NCBI GenBank assembly: GCA_033762295.1
Contig: JANRLW010000077.1
Coordinates: 1 to 64,000 of the forward strand
Source of the DNA: Capsulimonadales bacterium
GTDB taxonomy: Bacteria > Armatimonadota > Armatimonadia > Armatimonadales > Armatimonadaceae
DNA: 64,000 nucleotides
Reading direction: 5' to 3'
The position numbers and the translations under genes are program-made. The notes under the pieces are model-generated. The model was given only the letters and a program-made list of their open reading frames with translations, did not search any database and was not told the origin of the DNA. How positions within the stretch are numbered: position 1 is the stretch's first letter; every line of letters begins with the position of its first letter. This document shows positions 36,650 to 46,439 of this stretch, one piece after another.

Positions 36650-38974
36650 CTATTCTAGCACACGGCGTCCGCGTGCCGGGGACGTCTCTCCGGACGTCGT
36701 TTCGGGTTCCCAGACCGGCAGGGAGGCGACTTCCCGACGTGCGGCATCCGAGGTCGGCACACCCCAGCGGACGAAGAAGGGACCGAGGTTTTTTCCGACC
36801 GCTTTTGAGAATCGGACCAGGAACTGATCGTGCTTTTCGAGGTCGGTCTTCGGTCGTTCGGCATCAGGGAGCGCTTCGTACTGTGCGAAGACCCGTGTAA
36901 ACGGCTCCCAGCCGAACGCCTGCCGCAGACGGGCGAACAGTGTCAGAGCGAGGAACGGGTCCGATTTCCACTGTTCGTACTTCGCGCCGCCGGTCAGGTA
37001 CGCGGTCTCGCGCTTCGTTCTCTCCTCCGGGCGCATCGCCGGATGGGAGGTCGCGTAGTCGGGCGTCACCCCGTTGAACCGCTCACTCCCGTACAGGGAG
37101 AACAGATTGTTGGTCACCTCGCCGCAGCCGTCCCAGGTCCATTCGGGCTTCTGGTGATTGTGGCCCAGTTCGTGGTAAAAGCCCCAGACCTTCTCCCCGT
37201 CTTTACCACGCAAAACCGGCAGATCGACGAACCTTGCGGCGACATCCTCCCAGGTCATGATCGGATAGCCGGAGTGCATGTATCCGGCGGAGATCTGCCG
37301 GTCGACGCAGTATCTTTGCGGCTGACGGCGAATTTCGGGGACCGCATAGAACGCTGCGCAGGCATCCATGACCTCGTCCCAGTAGGTCATCAGGGCATCG
37401 GGGTCGTCGAGGGTGCGAACGACTTCCGAGGGAACGGTCAGCGCGACCCGCTTTCCGGCCAGTTCCGCCCAGGGCGCGGGCGCGAGCCGCGACTTTCGCC
37501 ATTCGTCGGCGGTGGTTTTGCCGCGTACGAAATACGGAGCGTCGATCACGTTTCCGACCGTGAGCGTGAACGGTTCGACAGGGGCGTTCTCCGGCGTTTC
37601 GACGAAGATTCCTCCGCCGAACGGCGAGGCGACCCGTACGTTCGCCCGGTCGAGCGGGAACCGACGCGCGATCTCCGGCCACCGCTCCCACTTTTCCAGG
37701 TGCCACAGGGTATCGGTGTGCGCCCCGATCCGCAGGACGAACCCGCGTCCGGTCAGGGTCACCGGCACCTGCACGGTAACAACCTCGCCCGGTGGGGCAT
37801 ACAGTCCGGTTCCGAACCATCCGCCCCGGACCGGTTCGACGGTTACCTTGCGGGAGTGGCGGGTTGCGTCGGGTGGCACGGCTCCGGGAAAATCGGCGGC
37901 GGCGGGGTTCGCCCGGATTCTTTCCGGCGGCAGGCGACGTTCCCCCCGATGGTCGAGGACCGCTTTCAGTCGGGCGAACGGGTTATTCGGGGTCACCGGT
38001 CGGGTTTTGGTCGGCACGAGGGTTCGGGCGAACCGTTCACACAGCGCCGACACGCGGGCGGCGACGGTCGCCTCCTCCGCAGGCAGAGCGCCGACCGTCA
38101 GCGCGAGGACCTGCGTCGCCTGCGCGAGTTCGGGCGCGGCCAGGGTCGCCTTCCCTTCGGCATGGCGGGTCAGACGATCCAGGGCGTTACGGGCATGGGC
38201 GGCTTCCGCCCCGACGGCGTCCGCCAAATAACCGCCGTTCCGGGCGGTGGCGTCGAGCATCCCGTCGGCCCAGGCGATTCCGGCATCACGGGCGACGCGG
38301 TTCGCGCTCTGTTCGGTAACGAGGTCTTTTCCGGTGACCTGTTTCCATCCCCAGGCCGGACCGGCCAGGATCACTCCGCCGCCATCGTTTCGAATCCACT
38401 CGCGGACGGCGCGGATTGCGGCGGCGCGTCCGTCGAGGACGGACTGGTTCAGATAGAGCACATCCAGGTTCTTCAGACGCGCCCCGAGATCAGCGTAGTC
38501 CTCGTTTTCGAGCAGGACGGCGTCGGCCTCGGCGGTGCGGAGTACGGACAGCGTTTCCGGTTCGAAGGTGCCGACACGGAGCGTCTGCGGATTGGGCTTG
38601 CCACGTCCGGCCCAGAGAACGGCGTTGTGCAGGAATCGCGCGTTGTCGGGATCGCGGGCCGCTCGTCCGATGAACGCTTCATGTCCGAGGGCGACGATCC
38701 GTCCGCGTTCCCAGCGGGCGGCGGCGATGAGCGGGACGCGGCTTTTGCCCTCGCGCGCGGTCATCACGACGAACGCCTTCTCGCCGAAGACGGCCAGAGG
38801 TCCCGGAATCGCGCCGGGCGCGGAAATCGCCGTCACGCCTTCGAGCAGGGCCTTCCGATCGGCATCGACATCGGCCCGAACCGGCAATACGATCGACAAG
38901 GACAGAACGAGGAGAAGGAGATACGGGAACGCGCGCAGGGTCGTCATACCGTTCGTTTTCGTTACGCCCGGCAT
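36650..38974 (-). CDS. Secreted M60-like (TCAF/enhancin-type) metallopeptidase
   Basis: Signal peptide; TGLYAPPGE, APAPWAEL, QISAGYMHSGYPIM, WGFYHELGHN, EVTNNLF. Confidence 0.88.
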   Translation of the reverse strand: MPGVTKTNGMTTLRAFPYLLLLVLSLSIVLPVRADVDADRKALLEGVTAISAPGAIPGPLAVFGEKAFVVMTAREGKSRVPLIAAARWERGRIVALGHEAFIGRAARDPDNARFLHNAVLWAGRGKPNPQTLRVGTFEPETLSVLRTAEADAVLLENEDYADLGARLKNLDVLYLNQSVLDGRAAAIRAVREWIRNDGGGVILAGPAWGWKQVTGKDLVTEQSANRVARDAGIAWADGMLDATARNGGYLADAVGAEAAHARNALDRLTRHAEGKATLAAPELAQATQVLALTVGALPAEEATVAARVSALCERFARTLVPTKTRPVTPNNPFARLKAVLDHRGERRLPPERIRANPAAADFPGAVPPDATRHSRKVTVEPVRGGWFGTGLYAPPGEVVTVQVPVTLTGRGFVLRIGAHTDTLWHLEKWERWPEIARRFPLDRANVRVASPFGGGIFVETPENAPVEPFTLTVGNVIDAPYFVRGKTTADEWRKSRLAPAPWAELAGKRVALTVPSEVVRTLDDPDALMTYWDEVMDACAAFYAVPEIRRQPQRYCVDRQISAGYMHSGYPIMTWEDVAARFVDLPVLRGKDGEKVWGFYHELGHNHQKPEWTWDGCGEVTNNLFSLYGSERFNGVTPDYATSHPAMRPEERTKRETAYLTGGAKYEQWKSDPFLALTLFARLRQAFGWEPFTRVFAQYEALPDAERPKTDLEKHDQFLVRFSKAVGKNLGPFFVRWGVPTSDAARREVASLPVWEPETTSGETSPARGRRVLE

Positions 38975-39063
38975 GAATCCTCTTTTTCTCCGCCGCGCGG
39001 AATTTTATGAACCATCGAGCGGGTTCGGCGTCGGAACACAAACTCTATTTTTCGGAGAAAACG

Positions 39064-39960
39064 ATGGCTTTCCGCTTTCCGCCGACGCTTTGCCGGATCG
39101 TTGCGCCGGTCGGTCTTCTTTTAACGATATGGCCCCCCGTTCCCGCCGACGCCCAGTCCCTTCCTCCGGTAACGGTGAGACAGGATGTTCCCTATCGCCG
39201 CGTTACCGACAACCGCCGCCTGACGTCGCTCGATATCCACTCCCCGACCGGGCGGACTCGCTGCCCGGTGATCGTCTTCATCCACGGCGGCGGCTGGCAA
39301 ACCGGCGACAAACGAAGCGCGGCCCGGGGAAAATCGACGGCGTTTCCGCGTCAGGGCTATGTTTTCGTCAGTATCAACTATCGGCTGGCTCCGGCGGTGA
39401 AGCATCCGGTTCTGGTGCAGGATTGTGCCCGTGCCATCGCCTGGGTTCGCAACCATATCGGTAGTTACGGCGGCGACCCGGACAATATCTTTGTTATGGG
39501 GCATTCGGCGGGGGCGCACCTGGCCGCTCTGGTATCGACGGACGACCGGTACCTGAGGGCGGAGGGTCTGACACTTAAGAACCTTCGCGGAACGATTCTA
39601 CTGGACGGCGGTTCGTACGATATGACCCCGACCGGCGTCAAGAGTCCCACCAAGGATATCTCCATTACGCGAACGTTCGGTGAGGACCAGTCCGTTTGGA
39701 AGGAGGCGTCACCGGTTTACAACGTATCGCCGGGCAAGGACATTCCGCCGTTCCTGATCTTCTACGTGGCGTCGCGCACCGACTCCGGCAGTCAGTCCCG
39801 GCAACTGGGGGAAACGCTGAAAGCGGCGGGGGTTCGTGCGGAGGTACGGCCCGCTTACCGCAAAACGCACGGGACGTTGAACCGCGACCTCGGGCGACCG
39901 GGCGACCCGCCCACCGAGGCGGTCTACGCCTTTTTGCGCGAAGCCGTCGTAAAATCGTGA
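39064..39960 (+). CDS. Secreted alpha/beta hydrolase (HSL/BD-FAE-type esterase)
   Basis: FIHGGGW oxyanion motif, INYRLAP, MGHSAGAHL nucleophile elbow; GGAG RBS. Confidence 0.88.
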   Translation: MAFRFPPTLCRIVAPVGLLLTIWPPVPADAQSLPPVTVRQDVPYRRVTDNRRLTSLDIHSPTGRTRCPVIVFIHGGGWQTGDKRSAARGKSTAFPRQGYVFVSINYRLAPAVKHPVLVQDCARAIAWVRNHIGSYGGDPDNIFVMGHSAGAHLAALVSTDDRYLRAEGLTLKNLRGTILLDGGSYDMTPTGVKSPTKDISITRTFGEDQSVWKEASPVYNVSPGKDIPPFLIFYVASRTDSGSQSRQLGETLKAAGVRAEVRPAYRKTHGTLNRDLGRPGDPPTEAVYAFLREAVVKS

Positions 39961-40041
39961 GACCGGTCCGGGCGGATACGTCGGCAAGCGCCTGTCGACA
40001 CGCAAACCAGGGTTCGCCCCAATGCCATACCCGGTGATTCC

Positions 40042-40623
40042 TCAAACTCCCGCATCATCAAAGGCCTGTCGAAGGAGGTCGGTAATCTGCAGTTCGGCAG
40101 CCCAGTAGCGCATATAATCAAAATCCAGGGAGGTGCCCTGTACCTTGAGGATCCCCTGGACATCGTACCACTGCCGGTCGGAACGTTCGCCGGTGGCGCG
40201 ATACCAGCGCAGCTTTTGCAGCACCATATCCTCCGGAGAAGCAAAGTAGATATCTTCCGAATTATCGAGGATGCGAATCCTTTCCGGTCGTCGACGACCC
40301 ATTTCCGAACGTTCGAAGGCACCTTCATTCAAAGGAAAAAGGTCCGCTTTGACCATCGTCGGGAGATGGATGACATTAAAGGAGATACCGTGATGGAGTG
40401 CATTTCGGATCATATCCGCATCGATATAAAAGTCATTTGACAATGCGGTAACCAGGTCGGGAACCGAACTTTCTTTTAGATCCACAACAATATCGGCGTC
40501 GTTGGTTGCTCGAAACACGCCATAAACGGAACTCGCAACGGACCCACCGACATAATAGGGAATTCCCAGGTCCTCGAAACGCTTTGCCAGAATATCTACC
40601 ACCACCAATGTTTCGGAACTCAT
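40042..40623 (-). CDS. Pol-beta-superfamily nucleotidyltransferase-like protein (AbiEii/MenT-like), putative toxin
   Basis: YYVGGSVAS...RATNDADIVV (GS + DxD), KADLF, SPEDMVLQKLRW, RQWYDV; ATG overlaps upstream TGA. Confidence 0.65.
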   Translation of the reverse strand: MSSETLVVVDILAKRFEDLGIPYYVGGSVASSVYGVFRATNDADIVVDLKESSVPDLVTALSNDFYIDADMIRNALHHGISFNVIHLPTMVKADLFPLNEGAFERSEMGRRRPERIRILDNSEDIYFASPEDMVLQKLRWYRATGERSDRQWYDVQGILKVQGTSLDFDYMRYWAAELQITDLLRQAFDDAGV

Positions 40624-40883
40624 CAATAGCCTTTTTCCGTCGGGTCCCATCCGAACGCTTTGACCATCAGTTCGGCGGGAATTCGTCGGGAAGCGATCCG
40701 CAAACGCACCTCGTCCTCGGTGGCATCCGGATACCGTCGCAGAACATCCGTCCGAGCAAGTTGCTCCCCCATCGCATTTAACCCTTCCAGACGTGCGAAT
40801 TTTTCTGCCGGCGTCATCTTGCGGATGCCTTCGATCCAGATGCGTTCAATCTCCGGATGGGTGTCGGGTGAGAGGGTTTTCAC
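40623..40883 (-). CDS. Small hypothetical protein, putative antitoxin
   Basis: 86 aa helical ORF (SPDTHPE...RKMTPAEK...RYPDA) coupled to both neighbours. Confidence 0.65.
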   Translation of the reverse strand: MKTLSPDTHPEIERIWIEGIRKMTPAEKFARLEGLNAMGEQLARTDVLRRYPDATEDEVRLRIASRRIPAELMVKAFGWDPTEKGY

Positions 40884-41893
40884 CGTTTAACCTCGCCGAG
40901 TAGTTCGAGAAGGTGCGGTTCGATGAGGTCGCGGAGGGCGGGGTTGGCGTAGCCGACCCAGGAGACGGGGGCGCGGATGTCCAGAGGCGCGGTCAACGGT
41001 CCGCCGGTCTCGTCGGTGAGGATCACCCCGGCCTCGCGGGCGATCCGTTCGACGCAGATATCGTACGGATGGCAGACCAGCTTCTTCGGCAGACCGAGGG
41101 CATCGAAGAAGACCGGACGCAGGTCGGCCAGAAACCGGTCGTGGCCGACGAGGATCTCATAGATCTGGCCCCCGGTGCTGATGTATTCATCGTCGAAGAC
41201 GAGCGGGTTCTCTCCCTCGTTCGGCGCGACGCGGGCCAGCAGTTCCTCCTCGAAGGCGGCGATGGCGGCCTTGGCGGGCGGGAAGAACTTGACGACGGAC
41301 GAGAACCCGTGCGCCAGGTGCGGCGTTCGGGAGGGACGTAAAGGCAACGGCGTCCGCTCGCCCGTTCGCAGGTCTTGCGCCTCCCGGTAGGCCCCCTCCC
41401 CCCGGATCGCCCATAGCTGATCGGACAGGACATGTCGGGTGGTCGGGATCTCGGTCATGACCGCCACCTCGATGTCGGCAAGCGTCGTTTCCGCGCCCCG
41501 GTTCGGCGCGACTCCGGCAAGCGCCCAGGCCGATCGCTTGTTGTACATGATGTTTCGGGTGCCGTCGATCGGATCGACGATCAGCAGAAAGGCCGCGTCC
41601 TCCTCACGGGCGGTCTCCGGAAAGACACGCCAGCCGTTCCCCTCGATACCTTCGGCGATCAGGACGAACGGCGACTCGTTCGCCCACTCGTCGCAGAACG
41701 CGAACAGGATCTCTTCACTATGGGCGTCGATCCGGTAGATCGTGTCGCCGCCGCGCACGTCGGCCACATCGGCCAGGGGGGCGTGTGCCGCCGCTTCCTG
41801 TGCGCGCAGGTGGGCCAGCAGGTGATCGCGGATCGCGATTTGCAGGGCGCGAAGTTTCTCGACGTATCGGGCGGGTTCGCCGGGCAGTGACAT
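40880..41893 (-). CDS. Inositol monophosphatase/FIG superfamily phosphatase
   Basis: GDTIYRID, AEG, IVDPIDGTR metal-binding motif, HPYD. Confidence 0.75.
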   Translation of the reverse strand: MSLPGEPARYVEKLRALQIAIRDHLLAHLRAQEAAAHAPLADVADVRGGDTIYRIDAHSEEILFAFCDEWANESPFVLIAEGIEGNGWRVFPETAREEDAAFLLIVDPIDGTRNIMYNKRSAWALAGVAPNRGAETTLADIEVAVMTEIPTTRHVLSDQLWAIRGEGAYREAQDLRTGERTPLPLRPSRTPHLAHGFSSVVKFFPPAKAAIAAFEEELLARVAPNEGENPLVFDDEYISTGGQIYEILVGHDRFLADLRPVFFDALGLPKKLVCHPYDICVERIAREAGVILTDETGGPLTAPLDIRAPVSWVGYANPALRDLIEPHLLELLGEVKR

Positions 41894-41915
41894 GGTTCGT
41901 TCTCCGGTCCCTATT

Positions 41916-43055
41916 TTATCCCGCCGGGCGTGTCGCCGGGAGTTCCTTCGTACGCTCGGCGACGGACATCAGCGGGGGCAGGCCGTTTTCGGGGCGGTCC
42001 AGGTAGAAATAGGCGCAGGATGACCAGTCATCCTGTCGTTCGAACATCACGAACGGCGGCGCGTTCTCGGAGAGGTCGGCGGGAACGAGACCGGGACCGG
42101 CGGCGTAGATCGGGTCGCCGTCGGCTTCGACCCGTTCCCGGAGCCGTGCTTTCGCGTCACCGAACACGCCGCCCAGTTGCTGGATGGTTACCCGGATCGA
42201 CGTCGCGAAGTAGACCGGGTCGGGAACGTGGTAACGGTAGAAGCAGTAGGCCATGCGGGCATGGTCGGCGAACGGACAGCCCTGATACGGATGGGCGAAC
42301 GCCCCCTGCCCCCAGGCGGTGCCAATATAGTCCTCGGTGCCGGTTCCGCAGAGCGTGAGGTCGGCCCCGTCGAGGTACATCTTCACCTCGCCCTCGCCCC
42401 ACCAGTTTTCGTGATACCGGCGAACATCGGCGCGCATGCCGACATTGACGCCCAGGAAGCGGCCCCGGCCCGTGACGGTGGGCAGCAGGGCGTAATCCTG
42501 TTGCAGCACGGTCGGGTTCTCCCGGCGGAAGCAGGCATGGAAGTACAGGGTATCGTCCGGGTGTTCGTCGTCGATGGTGTAGTTGACGTCGTAAAAGAGG
42601 TAATCGAGCTGTCGGTCGGACTCGTTGGTGAGGGTCAGGCGCATGCCGTTGCGGAAGGGCATCGGGATCGCGGCATTGAACGACCGGCCTTCCGGATTGG
42701 CAAAAAGAGCGGAATGGAAGGCGACGCACTGTCCGAGGCCGAGGCCGAAGAAATCGCCGAGCGGCGCGGAGACGGCGGGGGAGGCGGCTCCGTCCCAGGT
42801 GAAATCGACCCGCAGGGAGCGGAGCATCTCGGGCGAGCGGTCGTTGACGGTCATCCACAGGCGGCGAACGGTCCCGGAGACGCCCTCCGGTTCCTGCGCC
42901 AGGGTGACGGTCTCCCCGGCCGCGACGACGAGCCACGCGCGGCCCTTGCGCCCGCCGTTCGCGCGCCCCCCCTGCCCCGGCTGTGCCGTCGGGTTTTCGG
43001 GAGACGCCCATCGGGTGCGAATCTTTCCGGGGGATCGGTAGAGTGGTTCGTTCAT
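41916..43055 (-). CDS. Glycoside hydrolase family 172 (DUF2961)
   Basis: SPENPT, WDG...PAVSAPLGDFFG, PMPF, WWGEGEVKMYLDG, GTGTEDY, YRYHVPDP, DDWSS.AYFY. Confidence 0.88.
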   Translation of the reverse strand: MNEPLYRSPGKIRTRWASPENPTAQPGQGGRANGGRKGRAWLVVAAGETVTLAQEPEGVSGTVRRLWMTVNDRSPEMLRSLRVDFTWDGAASPAVSAPLGDFFGLGLGQCVAFHSALFANPEGRSFNAAIPMPFRNGMRLTLTNESDRQLDYLFYDVNYTIDDEHPDDTLYFHACFRRENPTVLQQDYALLPTVTGRGRFLGVNVGMRADVRRYHENWWGEGEVKMYLDGADLTLCGTGTEDYIGTAWGQGAFAHPYQGCPFADHARMAYCFYRYHVPDPVYFATSIRVTIQQLGGVFGDAKARLRERVEADGDPIYAAGPGLVPADLSENAPPFVMFERQDDWSSCAYFYLDRPENGLPPLMSVAERTKELPATRPAG

Positions 43056-44431
43056 CGGATCGGCAGGGTCCTTATCGGGGTCGCCAGTGAGCCGGGGGAG
43101 GTGCCGCGGATCAGTCGGGCCGGGATCCCGGTGCGTCGGAAGTAGGCGTTGCGGATCGCTTCGGTGACGGCGGCTTCACGGTCGGCGCGGCAGAGGATAC
43201 AGACGGTTCCGCCGGAGCCGCCTCCGGTGATTTTCGCGCCGGCGACGCCTTCCTGTTCCCTGGCCAGTTCCACCAGCAGATCCGTTTCGGTCGAGCCGAT
43301 GCCGCAGTCGGTATAGGATTGATGCGCTTCGTACATCCTCTGACCGGCGGCGGCGAACGCGTCCGGGTCCGCATCGCCGACCCGTATCCGTTCGACAAAA
43401 TCCCGCACGCGTTCGTGTTCGAAGATCGGATGTTCGGTGGCGGCGCGGACGAGGTAGGTTTCGTTCGGATCGACGGTTGTCACCGTGTCGAAGATACCGG
43501 AATGGCGGGCAAGGAACTCCGCGCCGGTGATTCGATCCGGGAGCGCGCCGCCGGGCAGGTTCGCGACGATACGGCGGTAATCGTCGGGGGTCACATTGCC
43601 AAGGTAACCGCCAAACCCCGATTTCGCCGCGTCGGACAGGATTTTGTAGCCCATGAAGGCGGCGACGCGCACGCGGATGTAGGCGTTTCCGGCGACGCTG
43701 TGCTTGTGACCGGAGTCGAGTCCGAACGCGCACCAGTCGGGCGGAAGTTCGGCGAAGCCGCGCAGTTCGGCGGGTTGACAGAGCAGGAGCAAGAGTTTCC
43801 CGGCCTCGCCGAGGGTGGCCGTCACCTGATCCATGATGCCGCAGGGGGCGTCCATGACATCGTTCTCGACCCGCTGGCAGAGTTTGGCCATCTCAAGGCC
43901 ATCCAGGGCGACGGAGAACGCGGCGCAGAGGGCGCGCATCGACGCGACCTCGACGGCGGCGGACGAGGAGACGCCCGCTCCGAGCGGCACGGTGGAGTTG
44001 AGGAGGAGTTTCGCGCCGACGCCGCGCGGAATCAGGCCCTCGGCGCGCAGCAGGGAGAAGCATCCGGCGACATACCCGACCCAGTGGGCTTCCGGCGGAT
44101 GTTCACGCAGGTATTTGAGCAGCGAGACGGGGTTGATGAACACCTCGGCGGGGAGCGAAACCTCCTCGGTCAGTCCTTCGGCTTTCGCATTGAGCGAGCG
44201 GACGACGACGGTGTTTTCCCCGGTTCCGCCGACCAACGCGCCGACCATCGCCGCCTGCTCGATCGGCATTTCGGCGACGAGCGAACCGGAGTAGTCGGCG
44301 ATACCGCCCATGACATCGAGTCGTCCGGGGGCGCGGGCGACGTGGACGGTCGCGCCGGAGGGGAAGAAATCCGCCGCCTCACCGGCGAGCGTCGTCTCAA
44401 AAGCGGCATAATCCTGTGCGGTATCGTACAT
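43052..44431 (-). CDS. GHMP sugar kinase (galactokinase / plant L-arabinokinase-like)
   Basis: ARAPGRLDVMGGIADYSG, VPLGAGVSSSAA, APCGIMDQ, GAKITGGGSGG; ATG 44431 with GGGAG RBS. Confidence 0.88.
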   Translation of the reverse strand: MYDTAQDYAAFETTLAGEAADFFPSGATVHVARAPGRLDVMGGIADYSGSLVAEMPIEQAAMVGALVGGTGENTVVVRSLNAKAEGLTEEVSLPAEVFINPVSLLKYLREHPPEAHWVGYVAGCFSLLRAEGLIPRGVGAKLLLNSTVPLGAGVSSSAAVEVASMRALCAAFSVALDGLEMAKLCQRVENDVMDAPCGIMDQVTATLGEAGKLLLLLCQPAELRGFAELPPDWCAFGLDSGHKHSVAGNAYIRVRVAAFMGYKILSDAAKSGFGGYLGNVTPDDYRRIVANLPGGALPDRITGAEFLARHSGIFDTVTTVDPNETYLVRAATEHPIFEHERVRDFVERIRVGDADPDAFAAAGQRMYEAHQSYTDCGIGSTETDLLVELAREQEGVAGAKITGGGSGGTVCILCRADREAAVTEAIRNAYFRRTGIPARLIRGTSPGSLATPIRTLPIR

Positions 44432-44533
44432 CTCCCGTTCATTGTCCGGAGCGGAGGAAAAGTCCTTCCCTTCGGCCGAAGGTGTTGCCGTTCGGAGGGA
44501 AGTCCGGTTACAATGGAGGCCGGGCAATCACCA

Positions 44534-46435
44534 ATGACGCTGCGTGGCCTTTTCCTCGGTTTTTTCGGAGCGATCGTCGTCTCGATCTATCAGATGATCT
44601 TCAAGATCATTCCTGATCGCGTGTTTCTGTCCTTTCCGAGCGTCCACACCCTCTTTACCGGCGTTATTTTCTGGGTTTTCCTGCTGGCGGTCGTCAATGC
44701 CTTCCTGAAGCGTCGCTTCTCCCGGTGGGCGTTGCAACCGGCGGAGATGGCGGTCATTTACGGCATCTCGACCGTCGCGGCGAGCATCGCGGCTCAGGAC
44801 GAGGCTCAGTTCCTGTTTCCGATGTACGTCTATCCGTTTCGCGAGACGCAGGCGGATCGTATGGGACCGTTCCGGCAGTTCATCCCGACCTGGATGGTGC
44901 CGCAGGACCCCGCCATCGTCGAACCGCTTTATACCGGCCATGTGAACTTCTGGGAGCCGGAGCGGGTACGCGCGTGGGCCATCCCGGTGGCCTGCTGGCT
45001 GGTCTGGTTCACCGTTCTCGGGGCGACGATGTGGGCGTGGAACGCCATACTTCGCCGTCGGTGGATCGACCACGACAAACTCTCCTTTCCCTGCGTTCAG
45101 CTTCCGCTGGAACTGTGCCGGAACGCCGGGTTCGGCGGGCGGGCGGGGGGAACGCTCTTCTGGGTCGGCTTCGCGATTTCGGCGGTGATCGAATCGCTCA
45201 ATACGCTGAACTCGATCGTTCCGAACGTGCCGTATCTCCGGCTGGACTGGGAGGCGTCCTCGACCATCGAAGCTCTGCCCTCCCCCTGGAAGGCCGCCGC
45301 CCCGATGTACCTGACCTGGGGGACGCTGCATCTGGGCATCTGCTACCTGATTCCGACCGATATCCTGTTCAGTTCATGGTTCTTCTATCTGTGCCGGAAG
45401 GCGCTCGAAATATTCGGCTATGCGATGGCCTGGCGTGAACTCGGCTGGGACGCAAGCGGTTTCCCCTATACCCGGGCGCAATCGGCCGGGGCGTGGGCGG
45501 TGCTGTTCTTTCTCCTGGTCTGGGCGGAGCGTCGACGGCTGGGCCATGCGCTGGAAGCGGCGTTCACTTTCGGTCCGCAACCCGATCCGGGCGACGAGCC
45601 GACGAGCGACCGGACCGCCGGACGCGTTCTGATCGTGGGCACGCTGTTTCTGATCGCCTGGGGAGTCGCCAGCGGCATGTCGCTCGCCATCGCGATCGCG
45701 TTCTACGGGTTTTTCTTTCTGCTCAACATCACGATGACGCGCGTCTATGCGCAGGTCGGTCCGCCGATTCTCGAACTGTACTACCTGGACCCGGAGAAGA
45801 CGTTTACGACGATCTTCGGAACCCTCGGTCAGCAGCCCGGACCGCTGGTGCAGTTCTCCCTGATGTACTGGATCAACCGCGATCACCGGGGTCAGATCAT
45901 GGGCCATCAACTGGCGGCGCTGAAGGTGGCGCAGGAGTCCGGCGTTTCGCTGCGGCGGTTCGGCCCCTGGATTCCGGTCGCGTTCACGGTCGGCGCGGCG
46001 ACCTGCCTGATCACCTACCTGCACTGGGTCTACCGGGTCGGCGAGGATCAGTTCGTATCCGGCGGTTACCGGGAGGCGGCGGCGGGACTGGCGATCAGCC
46101 GGATCCGGGAGTGGGTCTTCACGCCGAAGGGGCCGAACTGGCTGGAGATCGGGTTTATGGGGTTCGGGGCGATCTTCACGGCGATCCTGGCGAAGATCAG
46201 TTTCACGTTTCCGGGGTTGCCGCTGCACCCGATCGGGTACGCGCTGGCGGTCTGTTTCGCGGTGGAGTACAACTGGCCCGCGTTCCTGCTGATGTGGATC
46301 GCCAAAAGCCTGATCCTTCGGTACGGCGGCCTGAAAAACTATCTGCGGTTCGTTCCGCTGGCGCTCGGTCTGACCCTCGGCGGATTCGTCGTGCCGGTCT
46401 TCTGGGGCTTTTTCAAATGGTGGCTGGATCGCTGA
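44534..46435 (+). CDS. DUF6785/DUF6784-type polytopic membrane protein (putative transporter)
   Basis: Many TM helices; LRRRWIDHDKLSFP..QLP and PLHPIGYA...W....KSLILRYGG motifs; true start near 44534, not 43319. Confidence 0.7.
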   Translation: MTLRGLFLGFFGAIVVSIYQMIFKIIPDRVFLSFPSVHTLFTGVIFWVFLLAVVNAFLKRRFSRWALQPAEMAVIYGISTVAASIAAQDEAQFLFPMYVYPFRETQADRMGPFRQFIPTWMVPQDPAIVEPLYTGHVNFWEPERVRAWAIPVACWLVWFTVLGATMWAWNAILRRRWIDHDKLSFPCVQLPLELCRNAGFGGRAGGTLFWVGFAISAVIESLNTLNSIVPNVPYLRLDWEASSTIEALPSPWKAAAPMYLTWGTLHLGICYLIPTDILFSSWFFYLCRKALEIFGYAMAWRELGWDASGFPYTRAQSAGAWAVLFFLLVWAERRRLGHALEAAFTFGPQPDPGDEPTSDRTAGRVLIVGTLFLIAWGVASGMSLAIAIAFYGFFFLLNITMTRVYAQVGPPILELYYLDPEKTFTTIFGTLGQQPGPLVQFSLMYWINRDHRGQIMGHQLAALKVAQESGVSLRRFGPWIPVAFTVGAATCLITYLHWVYRVGEDQFVSGGYREAAAGLAISRIREWVFTPKGPNWLEIGFMGFGAIFTAILAKISFTFPGLPLHPIGYALAVCFAVEYNWPAFLLMWIAKSLILRYGGLKNYLRFVPLALGLTLGGFVVPVFWGFFKWWLDR

Positions 46436-46439
46436 CGGA

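Noticed and set aside
39961..40900. Mobile-element boundaries around the NTase pair
   Set aside because: No terminal inverted repeats, target duplications, transposase or integrase found
43319..44533. N-terminal 405 aa of the 1038-aa ORF 43319..46435, which could suggest a fusion protein
   Set aside because: It is the antisense shadow of the GHMP kinase gene; membrane-protein-like sequence begins only near 44534
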